DNA of 64,000 bases from Pavona decussata (lineage: Eukaryota). The position numbers and the translations under genes are program-made. The stretch is from NCBI GenBank assembly GCA_977016875.1, contig CDRNST010000002.1:496001-560000 (forward strand), in the 5' to 3' direction. Shown here in pieces: positions 1 to 14,400 of this stretch. The notes under the pieces were generated by a model, which searched no databases, was not told the DNA's origin, and worked only from the letters and a program-made list of their open reading frames with translations. Position 1 is the first letter of the stretch, and every line of letters starts with the position of its first letter.

Positions 1-12
1 GACTATACAAAC

Positions 13-1104
13 CTTCAATTCGTCAACATTGACGCGTACAAACAGAGCTTGTCCACTCATTCCATATTTCGCATTCAGTGAATCGTATGAGTCCGATACA
101 GACCTGCATAAATTGCACCTGAAAATAGGTGATATAAATTGTATGTGTTGAGTCATTTTCCAAACGCCTCTGTTAAAGGCTGCGTCTATAGTTATCAGAA
201 TTATCTCGAGAAATACAGCACGAAAACGAGGAATAGGTTTATTTTTTAGTTATTTGACCTCTAAGCCTGATTAAAGAAAACTTTAGACTAAGGTAAATTC
301 CGAGAGCTTGTAAAACTGAATTGAATAGGCCATGTCCGAGTTGCTTTGAACCTCACTATGAAAGCGAGGCCAAGTGCAAAGTTTTATTGTAAATTAGTCT
401 TCATTCACATGTAAACAAAACTTATGTTCGCCCTTAGCCTCGTTTTCGCAATGAGGTTCAAAGCAACTCGGAAATGGCCTGTTCAATTCAGTTTTACAAG
501 CTCGTGAAAGAAAAGAAGTCCGTAGGACATGCAACGAAAATTACAAATGATAACAAGACAAATAAATTCTCACTCACCAAGTAGCGTAAAACTGTACAAC
601 AACAAGTTTGTCTTGTTCACTCAAAACCTCCTCCCACTCATCAATTTTAGTGATGCTCCTCACGTTAATCACTAAAATATAAACCTTTGCTTTATTATCG
701 CCACAATTATGATTGATTATATTAATAAATTAGCACACTGGTGGCAAGATTATGCCAATACTGCAACTACAGTTCTGTTCGAAAAAAAAAGGTAAGCGGT
801 AAGAAATTCCGTGCTTTGCTTTATTGCCTCCCACCAGTTGTTAGTATGTTATGTTCAGTTTGTGCGGCCTTGACCGTCAATGACATGTGCAATATCAATT
901 ATTTCTAACAAAGTAATTTCGCCATTCAGCAAATTACACGGCAGAGAGTACCATAACATTTGTCTGTTGCAACGCGTACTTTAATAGTCGCCTTCTTCTG
1001 TGATTTACTGGTTTCAGTGATGCAAGTCACTGTGAAGGCGATTCTCGCTTAGCTGATATGTCCGTTTTAGACTAAGTTAGACCTTGTCTGGTTCCCAGCC
1101 TTCC

Positions 1105-1135
<31 letters not shown>

Positions 1136-2392
1136 GCGTATTTTCTTAGGTAAACAGTGAGCAGAACTAGGTGTCACTGCAATTTAGAAATGCCAAGGTT
1201 GACTGTCAGAACTACAAACTACATGCAAGTCCTTGCAGATGAATATTAGAATGCCATTAAGAGGTACAGGTTATAAAAGGAGCTCCATCCAATCACTACT
1301 ATTCTAATAAAGCCCTGGCCGTTGCTAGCACAGGAAAAGAAAATGACCTCGGCAGAAATTGAAAACGTACACGGCCTCAGTGGCATTCATAACATATTCT
1401 TATTGCTGCGAATTATTATTATCACTCACGACCTGATCCCATCTAGCCTCGTAGCTTAGTAGATCTTAATTCGGAGGTTGTCGCTTCGATTGTCACCCAA
1501 GGTCTAAACTTTTTTTTTTGCTCGTGTGGCTTCCTATTTCCTTCCTTCACCTCTGCATTTAATATTAGCCGCATAATTAATTCTGTGAATCACCATTGTG
1601 TCATAAATGCTGCGTGGCACAGCATTCATTGTACTCTTCGACTGAAAGATTTCGTATAGCACAGCAGAGTTCGACTCTTGCACTCAAATTTTAACCATCA
1701 AAGAATACGCAAAATTTTAATAAAACAGGGAACAAACTGAGCAAACGCTGTTGCATGTGTAATCACTATAAATGCAGGTCCAATTACAGTTTATTTCTTA
1801 ACTCTATAGGTAGGGTCTATAACTAAAAGACTCATTTAATTGGTTCCCGCTACCACATAAAAAAATATTGCAAAATTGCACACATTTCATTCCGAGTAAA
1901 CTGATAAATGCAGTAACGTCTTTTCCTTTTTTGCTTCTCGTTGGACAAGAAACAAACAAACAAACAAATAAACAAACTTACCTGTCCCCTCTCCGTGGGT
2001 TAGTATTCCTTGCTGATCTGCTCTCTGTACCACAAGCGCTGCACGCGGCGCTAGACCTACACATAATTAATGCAACTCGGCAATAAATGCAAGTGAAGTG
2101 CAATTGGCAATGGATGGCATGAGACAAGGAAGAACAAAACTGTTGTCAGACGGTGGGCCTGGCGTGCTTATCACAAAACATACGCAAACAAACAAACAAA
2201 CAAACAAAAAAACTGTGGATGTTTTTTTTTCTTTTTTTTTTTTTGTTAAATTTATATAATATTTATTGAAATTTATCATTTACAGAGCAGTTACTGTTTC
2301 ATTGACAATATTATATATAGGTTAAAATAATAACAATTGATACATTTTACACAGTTACCCCATTTCTATTTTTAAGCAAATCAAATAATTCA

Positions 2393-2431
<39 letters not shown>

Positions 2432-5400
2432 TCAACTAATTTAACTAAATAAACCAATTAAACCAATTAAACCGAGCAACATCAGATAAAAAAAAAAGAA
2501 TAGTAGATTAGGCGAATCAGCTTTAAAGACTTTTCACGTAGTTATCAATTTCTTCTCATTTGAATATCCATTTCTTTTCATAAAACTTTTTCTTACTTAT
2601 TTTTCTTTCAATATTATATTTGATAGCTATCGTGTTCTGAAAACCTTGTATTTTAGGATGTATTTGTGTTCTTCTACAGTCCCACAAAAACAGTTTTCCA
2701 ATGATAATAAAGTAATTAAGCAGCATATGTGAAGGGCATGGTGTTGAAAGTATTCCGAATAAGACATTTTCCAAAGTCAGGTGAACCACCTGATTTGACA
2801 AGCGGTGCCAATACAATTCAAACTCGTTCCAAAACTGCCTAGCATAAGTGCATTGATAAAGTAGGTGATATAGTGTTTCTCGCTCAGTTTCGCAGAAAGT
2901 GCATAATTCGTCAACTCTAAAACCAATTTTGCATAATTTCGCGTTTGTGTAGAGTATATTATTGAGAATTTTATACTGAAAGGCCTTAACGTACGATTCG
3001 AGTGCAACAGCGTGAGGCAAAATGAAAGATTCTTTCAATAAATCATCTGATATATTAAAATCGCCTTTCCACTTATGAACAATATTAGGAGGCCGTGATT
3101 TCTTCGCAACAAATAACGAATAGTAATCTTTCGATTTCTTCTTTTTCACATCAAAAATGCTGTTATTTATCTGAAGCGAAGAAGGCGTTAGTGGGTGGAT
3201 TTGATCACGCGTATTTTTTAAGAAATCAGGTATTGAGTGTCGAAGGCCCGCCCACTGTAGAATGCTAATTTTTCCAATTTTATTTGAAACGTAACCAAAG
3301 GAATCGTTGATATTCGAATCAAGTCGGAGATCACGTATGTAAATAAATCCGGATTCATAGAAATTTTTGTAAAAAATGGGCTTTTTATCTATTCTTGTTT
3401 CTTTATTATTCCAAATAATATTTGTCCAATTTATGTCAGTAGCGAAACTGTCGCGAAATTGTGACCACCACAGAAGAAGCTCTCGATAAAACTGGGAAGT
3501 GAATGTATAATCCTTAACGTCATAGTTACAATTTAAAAAGAACAGTCCTCCAACTGTTTTCAATTGGTGTTGTAAGTACCGCTTCCATGTCCCATCGTTT
3601 GCGTTGAATATTCGTTTAAGCCATGCCAATCTCAAAGCTTTAACCATGCTTTCTAAATCAATCATTTTTAGTCCACCTTCCCCATAATCATTTATTGTTG
3701 ACACACGCGTTACTTTATCTGTTCCATTCCATAAGAATTTGAATAGCAATTGATTTAATTGTTTCACCAGCTCATTGGGTGTTGGCAGGAGTGAGCATAC
3801 ATAAACAAATTTGGGAATTAGAAAGGATTTTATTATCGTCACTTTACCAAGGATTGAAAGACCTCTGGAAGACCAAATGTTTATCAGTTTTTTAATACTA
3901 TCCAGTCTTTCGATGAAATTCTTTTCTTTGAGCAGTTTTAGGTCATAAGTGAAGTATACTCCGAGAGCTTTTATTGGTTCTATAGGCCATCTAATTCCAA
4001 AAGGTTCTGTTTTATTTTCTTTGGATGCTCCGATCCACATACCCTCGGTTTTTGCGCAATTAATCTTAAGGCCCGAAATGTCCTTGAAAATGTCCAACAA
4101 TTCAAATAAACTTTTGGCCGAGTTCATATCCGAGAGCACTGCAGTAGTGTCATCCGCGTATTGCAATAGCTTTGTTTCCTCATTCTCGATAGAGATTCCT
4201 TTTATCTCCTTATTTTGACGAATGGCAATTGCAAGAGTTTCCACAACTACTATAAAAAGATACAGCGAGAGTGGATCACCTTGCCGGACTCCGCGTTCAA
4301 GCACAAAATAATTTGAAGCAGTTTCATTATTTATAGTACAGCTCTGTATGTTTTTATAAAAAGAGAGAAAGAAAGAAAGTTAGAAAGTTATAAGAAAGTT
4401 AGGTCCGAAATTAAAGGATTCAAGACATTCGAAAAGAAAGTCCCATTCCACGCTATCAAAAGCTTTTTCAAAATCAATAAAAATCATTAGTCCTGGAATA
4501 TTCTCTTCAACAGTATAATCCATTATATCATAGATAGATCGAATTGTTTCGCCTATATAACGATCTTTAACGAATCCTGTTTGATTGTGATGAATAATCT
4601 CTGGTAACACATTTTTAGTTCTCGAAGCGATTACTTTGGACGTTATTTTTGCATCTACGTTGACTAGCGAAATTGGACGCCAGTTTTCAAGGAATGCACG
4701 GTCTTTTCCTTTCTTCTCAATTAGAGTAATAACTGCTTGTTTTTGGGATGAGGACATCTCACCTTTATCAAAGCACTCATTTACACATCTTATAAAACTA
4801 TCACCCATTAGAGGCCAGAACTTTCCATAGAATTCAATAGGGATGCCATCATTCCCTGGTGTTTTGTTGTTGTTAAAAGAATCTAGAAGGCGAAAACATT
4901 CCTCGGATGTAATTTTACCCTCGCATGTGATTTTCTGTTCCTCAGAAAGTTTTGGAATATTTAATTCACTCAAAAAAGCGAGTCTTTTTAACGCAATATT
5001 TGGATCATTGTTACCAGTTTTATACAAATTATGATAGAAACGCTCTTGTTCCTTCAGAATGCTAATTGGATCCGTATTAATAGCACCGTTTATGTAAAGT
5101 TTTCGTATGTGTTTCTTTACGTGATTCCTTTTTTCCAGATTCAAGAAATATTTAGTACTTTTTTCTCCATGTTCATGCCATCGAGCACGTGCACGTATTA
5201 TTATTCCTTCTGTTTTCTCTTCGTAGAGCGCCTCTAATTTTTCTCGTATTGTGTGATAGTGAGTAATGTTAGAATCACTTGTGTTTTTTTCTAATGTTTC
5301 CTTTGCTTTGTTTAGTTCCTTTTGAAGAGTTTTTTCCTCAACATCTCTTTCTTTCGCTTTCTTTTTTGAGTGTGAAATAGCGTGACGTTTAATGTTATAT

Positions 5401-8400
5401 TTAATCCAATCCCAGGTTGAGCGGTCGTCTGACAATTCCTTTTGCCCTTCTGCAGTCCAAATTGGGATCATTTCTGTGACACTCTTTACATACTCTTCAT
5501 CAACTAACAGAGAGCAGTTCATTTTCCAATATCCCGAACCTCTTAGTTCGGTTGCCAATTCTTCTGTATCTAAAGTAATTGCATCGTGATCTGTTCTAAT
5601 TGCGGGAATAATATCAGTTGATTTTACAAGGTCATTTAAATTGTTTGAAATTAACCAATAGTCTAAGCGGCAAAAGATTTTGGGAGATTTTTGGCTCCAC
5701 GTATAACTTCTTGTGTTTGGGTTCTTAATTCTCCATATGTCTACTAAATCAAGCTCGTTTTGTAAACAGTCAATACGTTCCACAACTGATTTTCGTTGAT
5801 TTAGATTTCCTCCTTTTTTATCACAAGCTGGATTGAGGGGGCAGTTAAAATCGCCTCCCATAATTATCTCTTCCTCGGTGTCGAGATTTTCCTTTCTCAA
5901 TATATCATGTAGATTGTTTACGAATTCTATTTGATCTTTGTCTTTGTTTGGAACATAAATATTTATTAAAACATACCTTGAATCTTTTATATCGGCTTTT
6001 AAAATTATATATCGTCCCATGGGGTCCACGATTGTATGCTGTATTTTGCAATCAAAACCGTTTTTTATCAAAATTGCCACTCCACGTGAATTGGAGCTAC
6101 CGTGACAGGCAATAAGCTCTCCGCCCCATTCATTTTTCCATTGAACAATTGTTTCAGCAGTGGAATGAGTTTCTTGTAGAAAGGTTATGTCTGCATTGCG
6201 TAAAGTTGCTTATGCCCTTCACATTAAGCGAAATCAACTTAAAAGACATCGTACTTGCGGAAAGTAACATTGGGACTGCAGAACCATTAATCAACAGAAC
6301 AAAAGATGATAGCAGGCAATATAAATACATGCAAATCACAAATGCAAGAAGTAAGCAATTTAAAAACAAACGATTCGCCGATGTTGCTCGGACTAAATGT
6401 ATGATGCTAGTAAACCTAAAGGGGAAAAAAAGATTATATTCAAAACGGAAAAATAGGAAAACGATATAACAAATGCAAATAATAACTAAAATTACTAAAG
6501 ACCTAATGTGATAGCAAGTAAACAAAAAAGGTTTCACGAGCGATCGAACAAGCATAGTCTAGTAACGGTGTGTTTGCCTCCTGAAAACCGGTCGTGTAAT
6601 TTAATAAAAAAAATTGATGATGATTGAATAATGTAGTATATCTAGGTCTGTTCATTTTTCCTTACACCAACGACTTATGAGGTATTAATTAAAGGATATG
6701 AGGTAAACAGTCTGTGGCGACCGCTTTTCTTTCGAAGAAGGGCGCGCGGAAACGACGATTACAAAGGCCAAAAGTCTAACATAATCCGTATCGGCTCTGT
6801 TTATTTTAAGTCACTAACTGAGATCAGGCGATCACTGAAAGGCAGAAAATCAACAAACATACATACAGCTTGAGGTAGTCCTACTGTTGAACCGCATACA
6901 AGACCGTCAAAGACTGTAAGGCTACTAATCTGCACGGGTTGCGTGAGAAATTACTGTCGCTTCGAGCGAAGCTAAAACCTAGTCAAGACGTTCAGCGACG
7001 TCTCAGCTCCACGTGGAGCTTTAACAGTCCCGTATGAAAAGGCGTCATGACACGTGATGTGTCTCGTTGCGTAACGCAATGCCTAAACGGTTGGGAGGCC
7101 GTTACATGGCTCCCCCAGACATGGTAAAATGTATGAAATTACAGTAAACAAATATGAATAAAACTAAATGTTCTCAGAGTTCACTAAGTAAATGTCTCTC
7201 TTTCTGAGAATTGTTCTGGCTCCCCGACGGGGTCGTACTCTGGTCATTAAGGTCTACTCCAAATCAACCGTTACTTCTATCTTCATCTTGTCGGTAAATC
7301 AGGATCAACTTGTGGATAGGTCTGTCAAATACCTTTCTGGTACCGGATCGAGTAACAAGCAGACGGACTTTACGAACCAGGCCATCATCGCTGGGCAAAA
7401 CTTCGGTAACTTTCGCAAGTGGCCACTGGTTTCTGGGGCATGTTTCGTCACGGATCAGGACGACATCACCAACTTGACTGTTAGGGCTGGTTTCGTTCCA
7501 TTTCTGGCGTTTTTGCTGCAGCATGCAATATTCTCGTTGCCAGCGACCCCAAAACTGTACCGTCAGGTACTGCACTCTGCGCCACCGTTTCTTCGTGTAA
7601 AGATCTGGCCGCGAGAAGTTTCCTGGAGGTGGTAACACCACTTTTGCTTTAAAGGTGAGCAGGTGGTTCGGTGTGATTGGTTCAGGCGCATCTGGATCTG
7701 ACAAATTGTCGATCGTAAGTGGGCGACTATTTACGATGTTTTCTGCTTCTGTGAACAGCGTTCGTAGAGCTTCATCATCTAATTGCTGGGCGTGGTCTTG
7801 CAAAAGGCTTGAGAGAACTGCACGTACGGTGCGAATAAGTCGCTCCCATATGCCGCCCATATGGGATGCAGTTGGCACGTTCATTCTGAACTCGATCAGA
7901 TCGCAATCTTGTGTCAGGAGAAAGTTCTTGATTGCATCAGTATTGACTTCTTTCAAAGCAGCACTGAGCTCGTTTTTGCCTCCCACAAAGTTTGTTCCTC
8001 TGTCGCATCTCAGTTCCCTAACTTTGCCTCTTCGATTGACGAAGCGTCTGAGAGCATTGATAAATGAATCTGTTTCCATTGTGTTTAACGTTTCCAAATG
8101 AATGGCTCGAGATGATAGGCATGTAAAGATTATACCCCAACGCTTTAGTTCTTTTCGACCCTCTTTGATGTACCAAGGGCCGAAAACATCCATGCCTGTA
8201 TACGTGAAAGGCGGGGCAGGAGTAAGCCGTTCTTCAGGAAGGTTAGCCATCTTTTGGACTTGAGCAGATCCGCGTAACTTGCGGCAAGTAACACATCTCT
8301 GAAGCAGATAGGAGATAGAAGACCGACCATTGATTATCCAGTAACCGGCTTGGCGAAGTGCATTGTGGGTCATTCCACGGCCCTGGTGGTGCTGGTCTCT

Positions 8401-11400
8401 GCTGTGGTAGTATCTGATAAGGAGCTCTGTGATATGACTCTTTTTAGGGACGATAATTGGATGTTTCACTTCAAAGGCTAAGGCAGCTTTCTTGAGTCGA
8501 CCCCCCACTCTGGGTAATCCGTTTTGGTCAAGAAAGGGATCCAGCCTGAAAAGTGAGCTTGTCTGTTTCAACTTTTCGTTTCTGACGCGGGCGCTGTTGC
8601 GGTTCTGGAACATGTGGTCACCCTCATTTAGCTTTTGGAGAACCAGGATCTCTTTCTCGAAGTAACGTAACTGCACTGACTTGAGAATAACTTCCTCTGC
8701 TAAGTGCATTTCTTCCACCGTTGGCGGGCCAGCTACTGGTCGTTTATTGTACTGCTTGTTAGGTCGAATCTTTTCAATCATTCTCTGGATAGAGACGATG
8801 CTTCTTTTCAGGCGGTCGAGCGCTGAAGAATGGTTGAAGCGTTCTAGTTCTAGACCTTTGGGGAAGAGTTTCTCTTCTTTCCACTTGGTAACTTCGTGGT
8901 TCGCAATGAGAGCCGTTGCTTTGCATTTCTTTACCTCTGGGTCTTCAGGATTCAAATCAGGAGCAGGGTCATGGTTCACCACCGACACTTGATTCTTCCA
9001 GAGGAAGTCGGGACCTTTGAACCACAGTTCATTTTCCGAGAGTTGTTTGGCAGTTATGCCTCTTGAGGCAATATCAGCAGGGTTGTCAGAGCTGGAGACG
9101 TAAAGCCATTGTGTTGGATCTGAGCTGTCACGGATTTGCTGCACGCGGTTTGAGACATACGTATGGTAGCGTCTTGCTTCGTTGCGTATATAACCCAGAA
9201 CGACGGAGGAGTCAGTATAAAACACCTTCACTAGATCGAAGTAGTTCAAATCTCTGCTAAGCATTGACGCCACATTGACTGAAATCACGGCTGCAGTGAG
9301 TTCACGACGTGGAATTGAAATAGACTTTAGCGGTGCTACTCTCGCTTTACCCATAAGGAGGCTGACATGTACTTGATTCGCATTGTTTACAAGGCGCAAA
9401 TAGGTTACTTGACCCAGGCCTACGTCACTGGCGTCGGAGAAGCTATGCAGTTCTGTGGTGACCGGTTCACCAAAATCGCAGGGTTTGACACATCTTGGGA
9501 TCTTGATATTCTCTAAAAGGGGTAACTCTGATCTCCACTTTTCCCATCGTGAATGAATGTGGTCTGGTACAGGATCATCCCAATCGATGCCGTCACGGCA
9601 CAGTTCCTGGAGTAACTGTTTCCCCACTAAAATCACTGGCGCCACAATGCCTAATGGATCGTATAATGAGCTTACGGATGATAGAATCCCTCGGCGAGTG
9701 AGAGGTTTGTCTTTAAGCTGAATACAGAATCCAATCGTGTCGGACTCTATGCACCAGTAGGTACCCAGTGAGCGTAGGACAGGCAGAATATCATGCCGGA
9801 GATCCAGATCCTTAAGGTCTTTCGAGCGATCTTCAACAGGTAGAGCTTCCAACACTGTCTTACTGTTACTTGCAAACTTGTGTAAGCGCACATTGACGGT
9901 TGCACACATGGCTTGAGTTTTCTTGATAACCTTGATGGCGTTTTCAGGCGTGTCAAAAGACTTTAGTCCATCGTCCACATAGAAATCATCTCGTAGGAAA
10001 TTCGCTGCTTCCGGACCAAACTCTTGTCGCCCAGTTTCAGCTGTCATTCTTAGACCAAAGTTGGCAACGCCCGGGGAAGAGACAGCCCCAAATAGATGGA
10101 CATTCATGCGATACTCAATGATTTGGCCGTCCAGGTTGTTATCCTTGAACCACAGGAATCTCAGGTAGTCTCTGTGTTCAGGGTTTACGTAGAAACTATG
10201 GAACATCTTTTCTATGTCGCATGTCACTGCTACTTCTTCTTTCCGAAATCGTGACAGTACACCAATGAGAGCATTCATCATGTCAGGTCCTTGCGGGAGG
10301 AGTTTATTGAGAGACTGATTGTCGAAGACAGCACTGCAATCGAAGACTATCCGAATCTGGTCAGGTTTCTTCGGATGGTAGATGTCAAAATGCGGAAGAA
10401 ACCAGACTTTGCCTGCTTCGGTCTTAAGTTCCTCTGAAGGGACGGCACTGGCGTGATTTCTGTCGAAGAGGTTTTGCATAAATTCGGTGTAGTGGTTCCA
10501 TAGTTCTCCATTTCTTAGGAACTTTCTCTTGATGCCTAGTAATCTCTTCAAACATTGTTCACGATTATTTGGCAGAGAAACAGTATCTGTTTTAAAAGGC
10601 AACGGCATCTCCCAGTTTCCCAAATCATTTTTGTGTATGCCAGTGGTAAGGATTTCACTGAAGCGCTTGTCTTCTATGCTTTCACCTTTCTCAGTGCCTG
10701 GGATGTTTCGGGCATGGTAGAGTTTACTATAATCCAACTGCATCATCTCTCTTATTTGCTGAGGCGAGGTAACGTCTTTAAGGTGCTGTCTTGTGGCGAA
10801 GGACACTATGGACTCTTCTTTGAAACGGTTGCTTGTTGGCACAGTGAAAACATTCTGAGGGTATTCACTTTGTACTGTGATGCGGTTTACTGAAGCACAG
10901 TTCAATGTTTCTTCTTCTTTGTCGACGCAAACTGGACCAATGATCGTCCAGCCGAACTTGTATTCTTCAGCCCAAGGTTCATTATCGCTGCCATAAATAA
11001 TGCGCAGTGGCTGGAATGCTGAAGGAATGTTACGGCCAATTAATAAGCCTATCTCCACATTGGGACGGTAATGAATGTGACAGGCGATTTCTTCCAAATG
11101 CTTCCAAGATCTGGCTATTTCTGGTGTCGCAATGTCTCTCTGACTAGCTGGAATATTCTCTTGTGAATAAGCAAAAGGAATCTTGATGGCCTTGTGACGA
11201 TTTTCGGTGTCTTGGATTCGTAGACCATTGACTTTCTTGGTGCGGACACTGTTCAAGCCTGTGATCGTATTGATTTCAAGGTTCACTTCTTGGCCTTCGA
11301 CCTTAAGCTTCTCGAGAAGGGGTTCAGTGATAAAGACATCTGTTGACTGATCGTCCAGCACTGCATAGGTGGGTACCTTTGCTGAGGGATTGTCTTGGTG

Positions 11401-14400
11401 GAAGACTTCGATCAGGACTATTCGAGCACAGGATCGCGCTGGCCGTCCTTGCCCGCAAACTTGAGAACAGGCGGAGCTAGTTTGACTGGTGTCCTTTTTC
11501 TTATGTCTGGTCGGGTCATGCAGTATAGTGGCGTGCATCTGCTTGCAAATCTTACATTCCAACTTGTCTCTTTTGCAGTCCTTCGAGACATGTTCGTTAG
11601 AGCTGACACATTTTAGGCAGATCCTGTTTTTCAACAAGAAATCTTTGCGCTCCTCATAGCTCAGTTTCTGAAACTGTTCACAGTCATTCATAGCATGAGA
11701 TTTCATCTTGTGATAGAAGCAATAAGTGTTAAGCTCCGCAGGGGTGCTAGGGTCTGGTTTCTGAGCTTCAGTTGCAAAAACATTCGATGTTTGGTTTAAC
11801 TCGACTGGAGAGGTTACTTCACTATCAAGTTCTGTGCCACGGGTGCTGGTTAAAGCACTGCCTGCAGATCGTTTACGAGGTGTACGGTTGGAGTTCTTAG
11901 AGCGGTCTGACTGTGTTGAGCTGCTCGCTCCTGAAGTGAGAGTGATCTGAGGAATGTTTGTCCGTTCAGCATGATAACGTATTTCCTGCACAAAGTTTTT
12001 AAAGGAGGGGAAAGCATCTTTGCCATTGCTTTTCTGAAGCTTTAGCACCTTGTCTGACCACTTGTTCTTGAACCAAGCAGGAAGTTTTTCAACGAGGCTT
12101 TGGATCTGTGACGGGTAGTTGAGAACTCCTAGGCCGCTCATGTGCTGACTTGCAATCTGAACTTGGTACAGAAAGTCACTAAATTCCTCTAAAGCAGCAG
12201 CGTCATATGGAGGAATCTTTGGCCAGTTCGCCAATCTTTTCTCAAAACTGGTACTAATAATCGCAGGATGACCAAACCGTTCCTTGAGAATTGTACGTGC
12301 TTGCTTGTACGCGCTGTCTGGGTCTTGAACAAGGTACTGCAGTTGTTCGATAACCCTTTTGGCTTTACCATCCAGATATTGGTATAATAAGTGCAGTTTC
12401 TGCTGGGCTGTAATAGGTATTGAATCGATTAAGCTGTCGAACGCGTTCTCCCACAGGAAGAACTTTGTTTGGTCTTGCTCATCTCCCTTAAACACATCCG
12501 ATTTAGCCTGCGGTAGACGTTGTAGCTGTGTCAATCTGGTTAAAGTGTCACTGAAATCTATCAGGTAATCTTGTGGTGGAAGGGTTTGAACTGGATCGGG
12601 TGATGGAATAAAAACTGGTGGATTTCAACAAAAGCCTCTTGAAGATGTGAGACCTGGTCTGTCCGTGTGGGGCGTGGCAAAGGTTGTTGGGACATTAGAT
12701 CCAAAGCTAGCTCTCGTGTTTGCACTGGTATAGACCGTTTTGCATGAAGAGGGCGTTGTGTACTGAGTTAGGGGGACCTGTGTTCCAAGGCTGAATCTAG
12801 TGTGTGTACTAGAATAAACTGTGTTACTGGTGGGAGACGTAAACATTGGTGAGGCACTTGCAGTTGGAAATGCTTGAAAATTCTGCGGTACTGAAGGAAC
12901 AAGTTCTGGTGTTGACGTAAGCCCTTCATTATTGTCCCTCAGGAAGGCGGGTATAGGATCGTACTGTTTGGTTGGCAGCAAGGGAGATTGAAAATCGTCC
13001 GCTTTGTCCTCTTCTTCCACAGCTTTCAGGTACACGGCCTCTTGCGCTCGGACTTCTCCAAGTTTCTTTTGAATTTTTAGCTGTTCTAACTTTTTCTCTT
13101 GCTCTGCGATGACTGTTGAAAACTTCAGTTTCTCTTCCAAGGCCACTCTTTTAGCTCTTACGTTTATCAGTGTGTCCCTGTGTGAACTTCCGCTTGATAC
13201 ACTTGACTTTCGCGAGTGACGAGATTTTTGAGAGAAAACAGAGTCATTGTCCTCTCGAACCTTCTTAATTTCATTTGCAGCTGTAGCACGAATGGACTTC
13301 CATGTATCCAGCAAATAGGCTTGCTTTTTGGTAGCACGCTGAATTTCAGTTGGGTCATCTGAAAGCTCTATCCACTCGTCAAATAATCGTAATGCATCAT
13401 TTACTTCCTTTGTAACAACGGTGATTTCAGTTTTAATTTTACTTGTGTCTTGACCAGAGTGTACTAATTCTTCGAAGCTACTCAGTCTTGCGTGTAATTC
13501 GCGATCTTTGGATAACGCGGCGGTTTTCTTCAAGCCACTTTGATACTCCCGGCCTTTGGCCGTGAGAGTCCTGGACCTCGTGTTTTCTTCCGGTATGTCA
13601 GTAATTTTACTCGACGAAATTTCAATTATTTTTGGACGCGGCGACGCATCTTCCAACGAAATAAAAGGCACATCACTAACCTCTGTTCCTGTTAAGGCGA
13701 CATTTTCTTTCGATGTTGTATTTGGCATGTCTCTAAGGTTGCTTGGTTTGATGAGGAATTCATCTGGTGTTAGTCCGATTCCAGTGTCACTTTGTTGATC
13801 TTGGTAATGTTTTTGTGAATCCATGTTTTTTTATCCGTGAGGAATTTCCAGTCTTTGACTGTGGCGACCGCTTTTCTTTCGAAGAAGGGCGCGCGGAAAC
13901 GACGATTACAAAGGCCAAAAGTCTAACATAATCCGTATCGGCTCTGTTTATTTTAAGTCACTAACTGAGATCAGGCGATCACCGAAAGGCAGAAAATCAA
14001 CAAACATACATACAGCTTGAGGTAGTCCTACTGTTGAACCGCATACAAGACCGTCAAAGACTGTAAGGCTACTAATCTGCACGGGTTGCGTGAGAAATTA
14101 CTGTCGCTTCGAGCGAAGCTAAAACCTAGTCAAGACGTTCAGCGACGTCTCAGCTCCACGTAGAGCTTTAACAGTCCCGTATGAAAAGGCGTCATGACAC
14201 GTGATGTGTCTCGTTGCGTAACGCAATGCCTAAACGGTTGAGAGGCCGTTACACAGTCATAGTATAATCAGGTTGCCAGTTCTTCTAATTCCCAAGCCTC
14301 ACTGATTCTAAGCGGTCTGGACTCCTCAGTTTTCCGAACAAAAATTTTCCCATCCACAGTCCAAACTCGATTGATCTTATAGGCTCTTTTCATTTTTCTT

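Larger units (their letters stand above)
6713..14253 (-). mobile_element. BEL/Pao LTR retrotransposon (element 1), full length
   Basis: 394-bp TG...CA LTRs at 6713-7106 and 13860-14253, about 3 mismatches by eye. 5-bp TSD cagtc at 6708-6712 and 14254-14258. PPT gggggagcca next to the 3' LTR. Confidence 0.95.

Noticed and set aside
12625-12627. Selenocysteine recoding of the TGA in the BEL polyprotein
   Set aside because: It lies in a low-complexity linker, not at a conserved Cys, and I saw no SECIS in the element.
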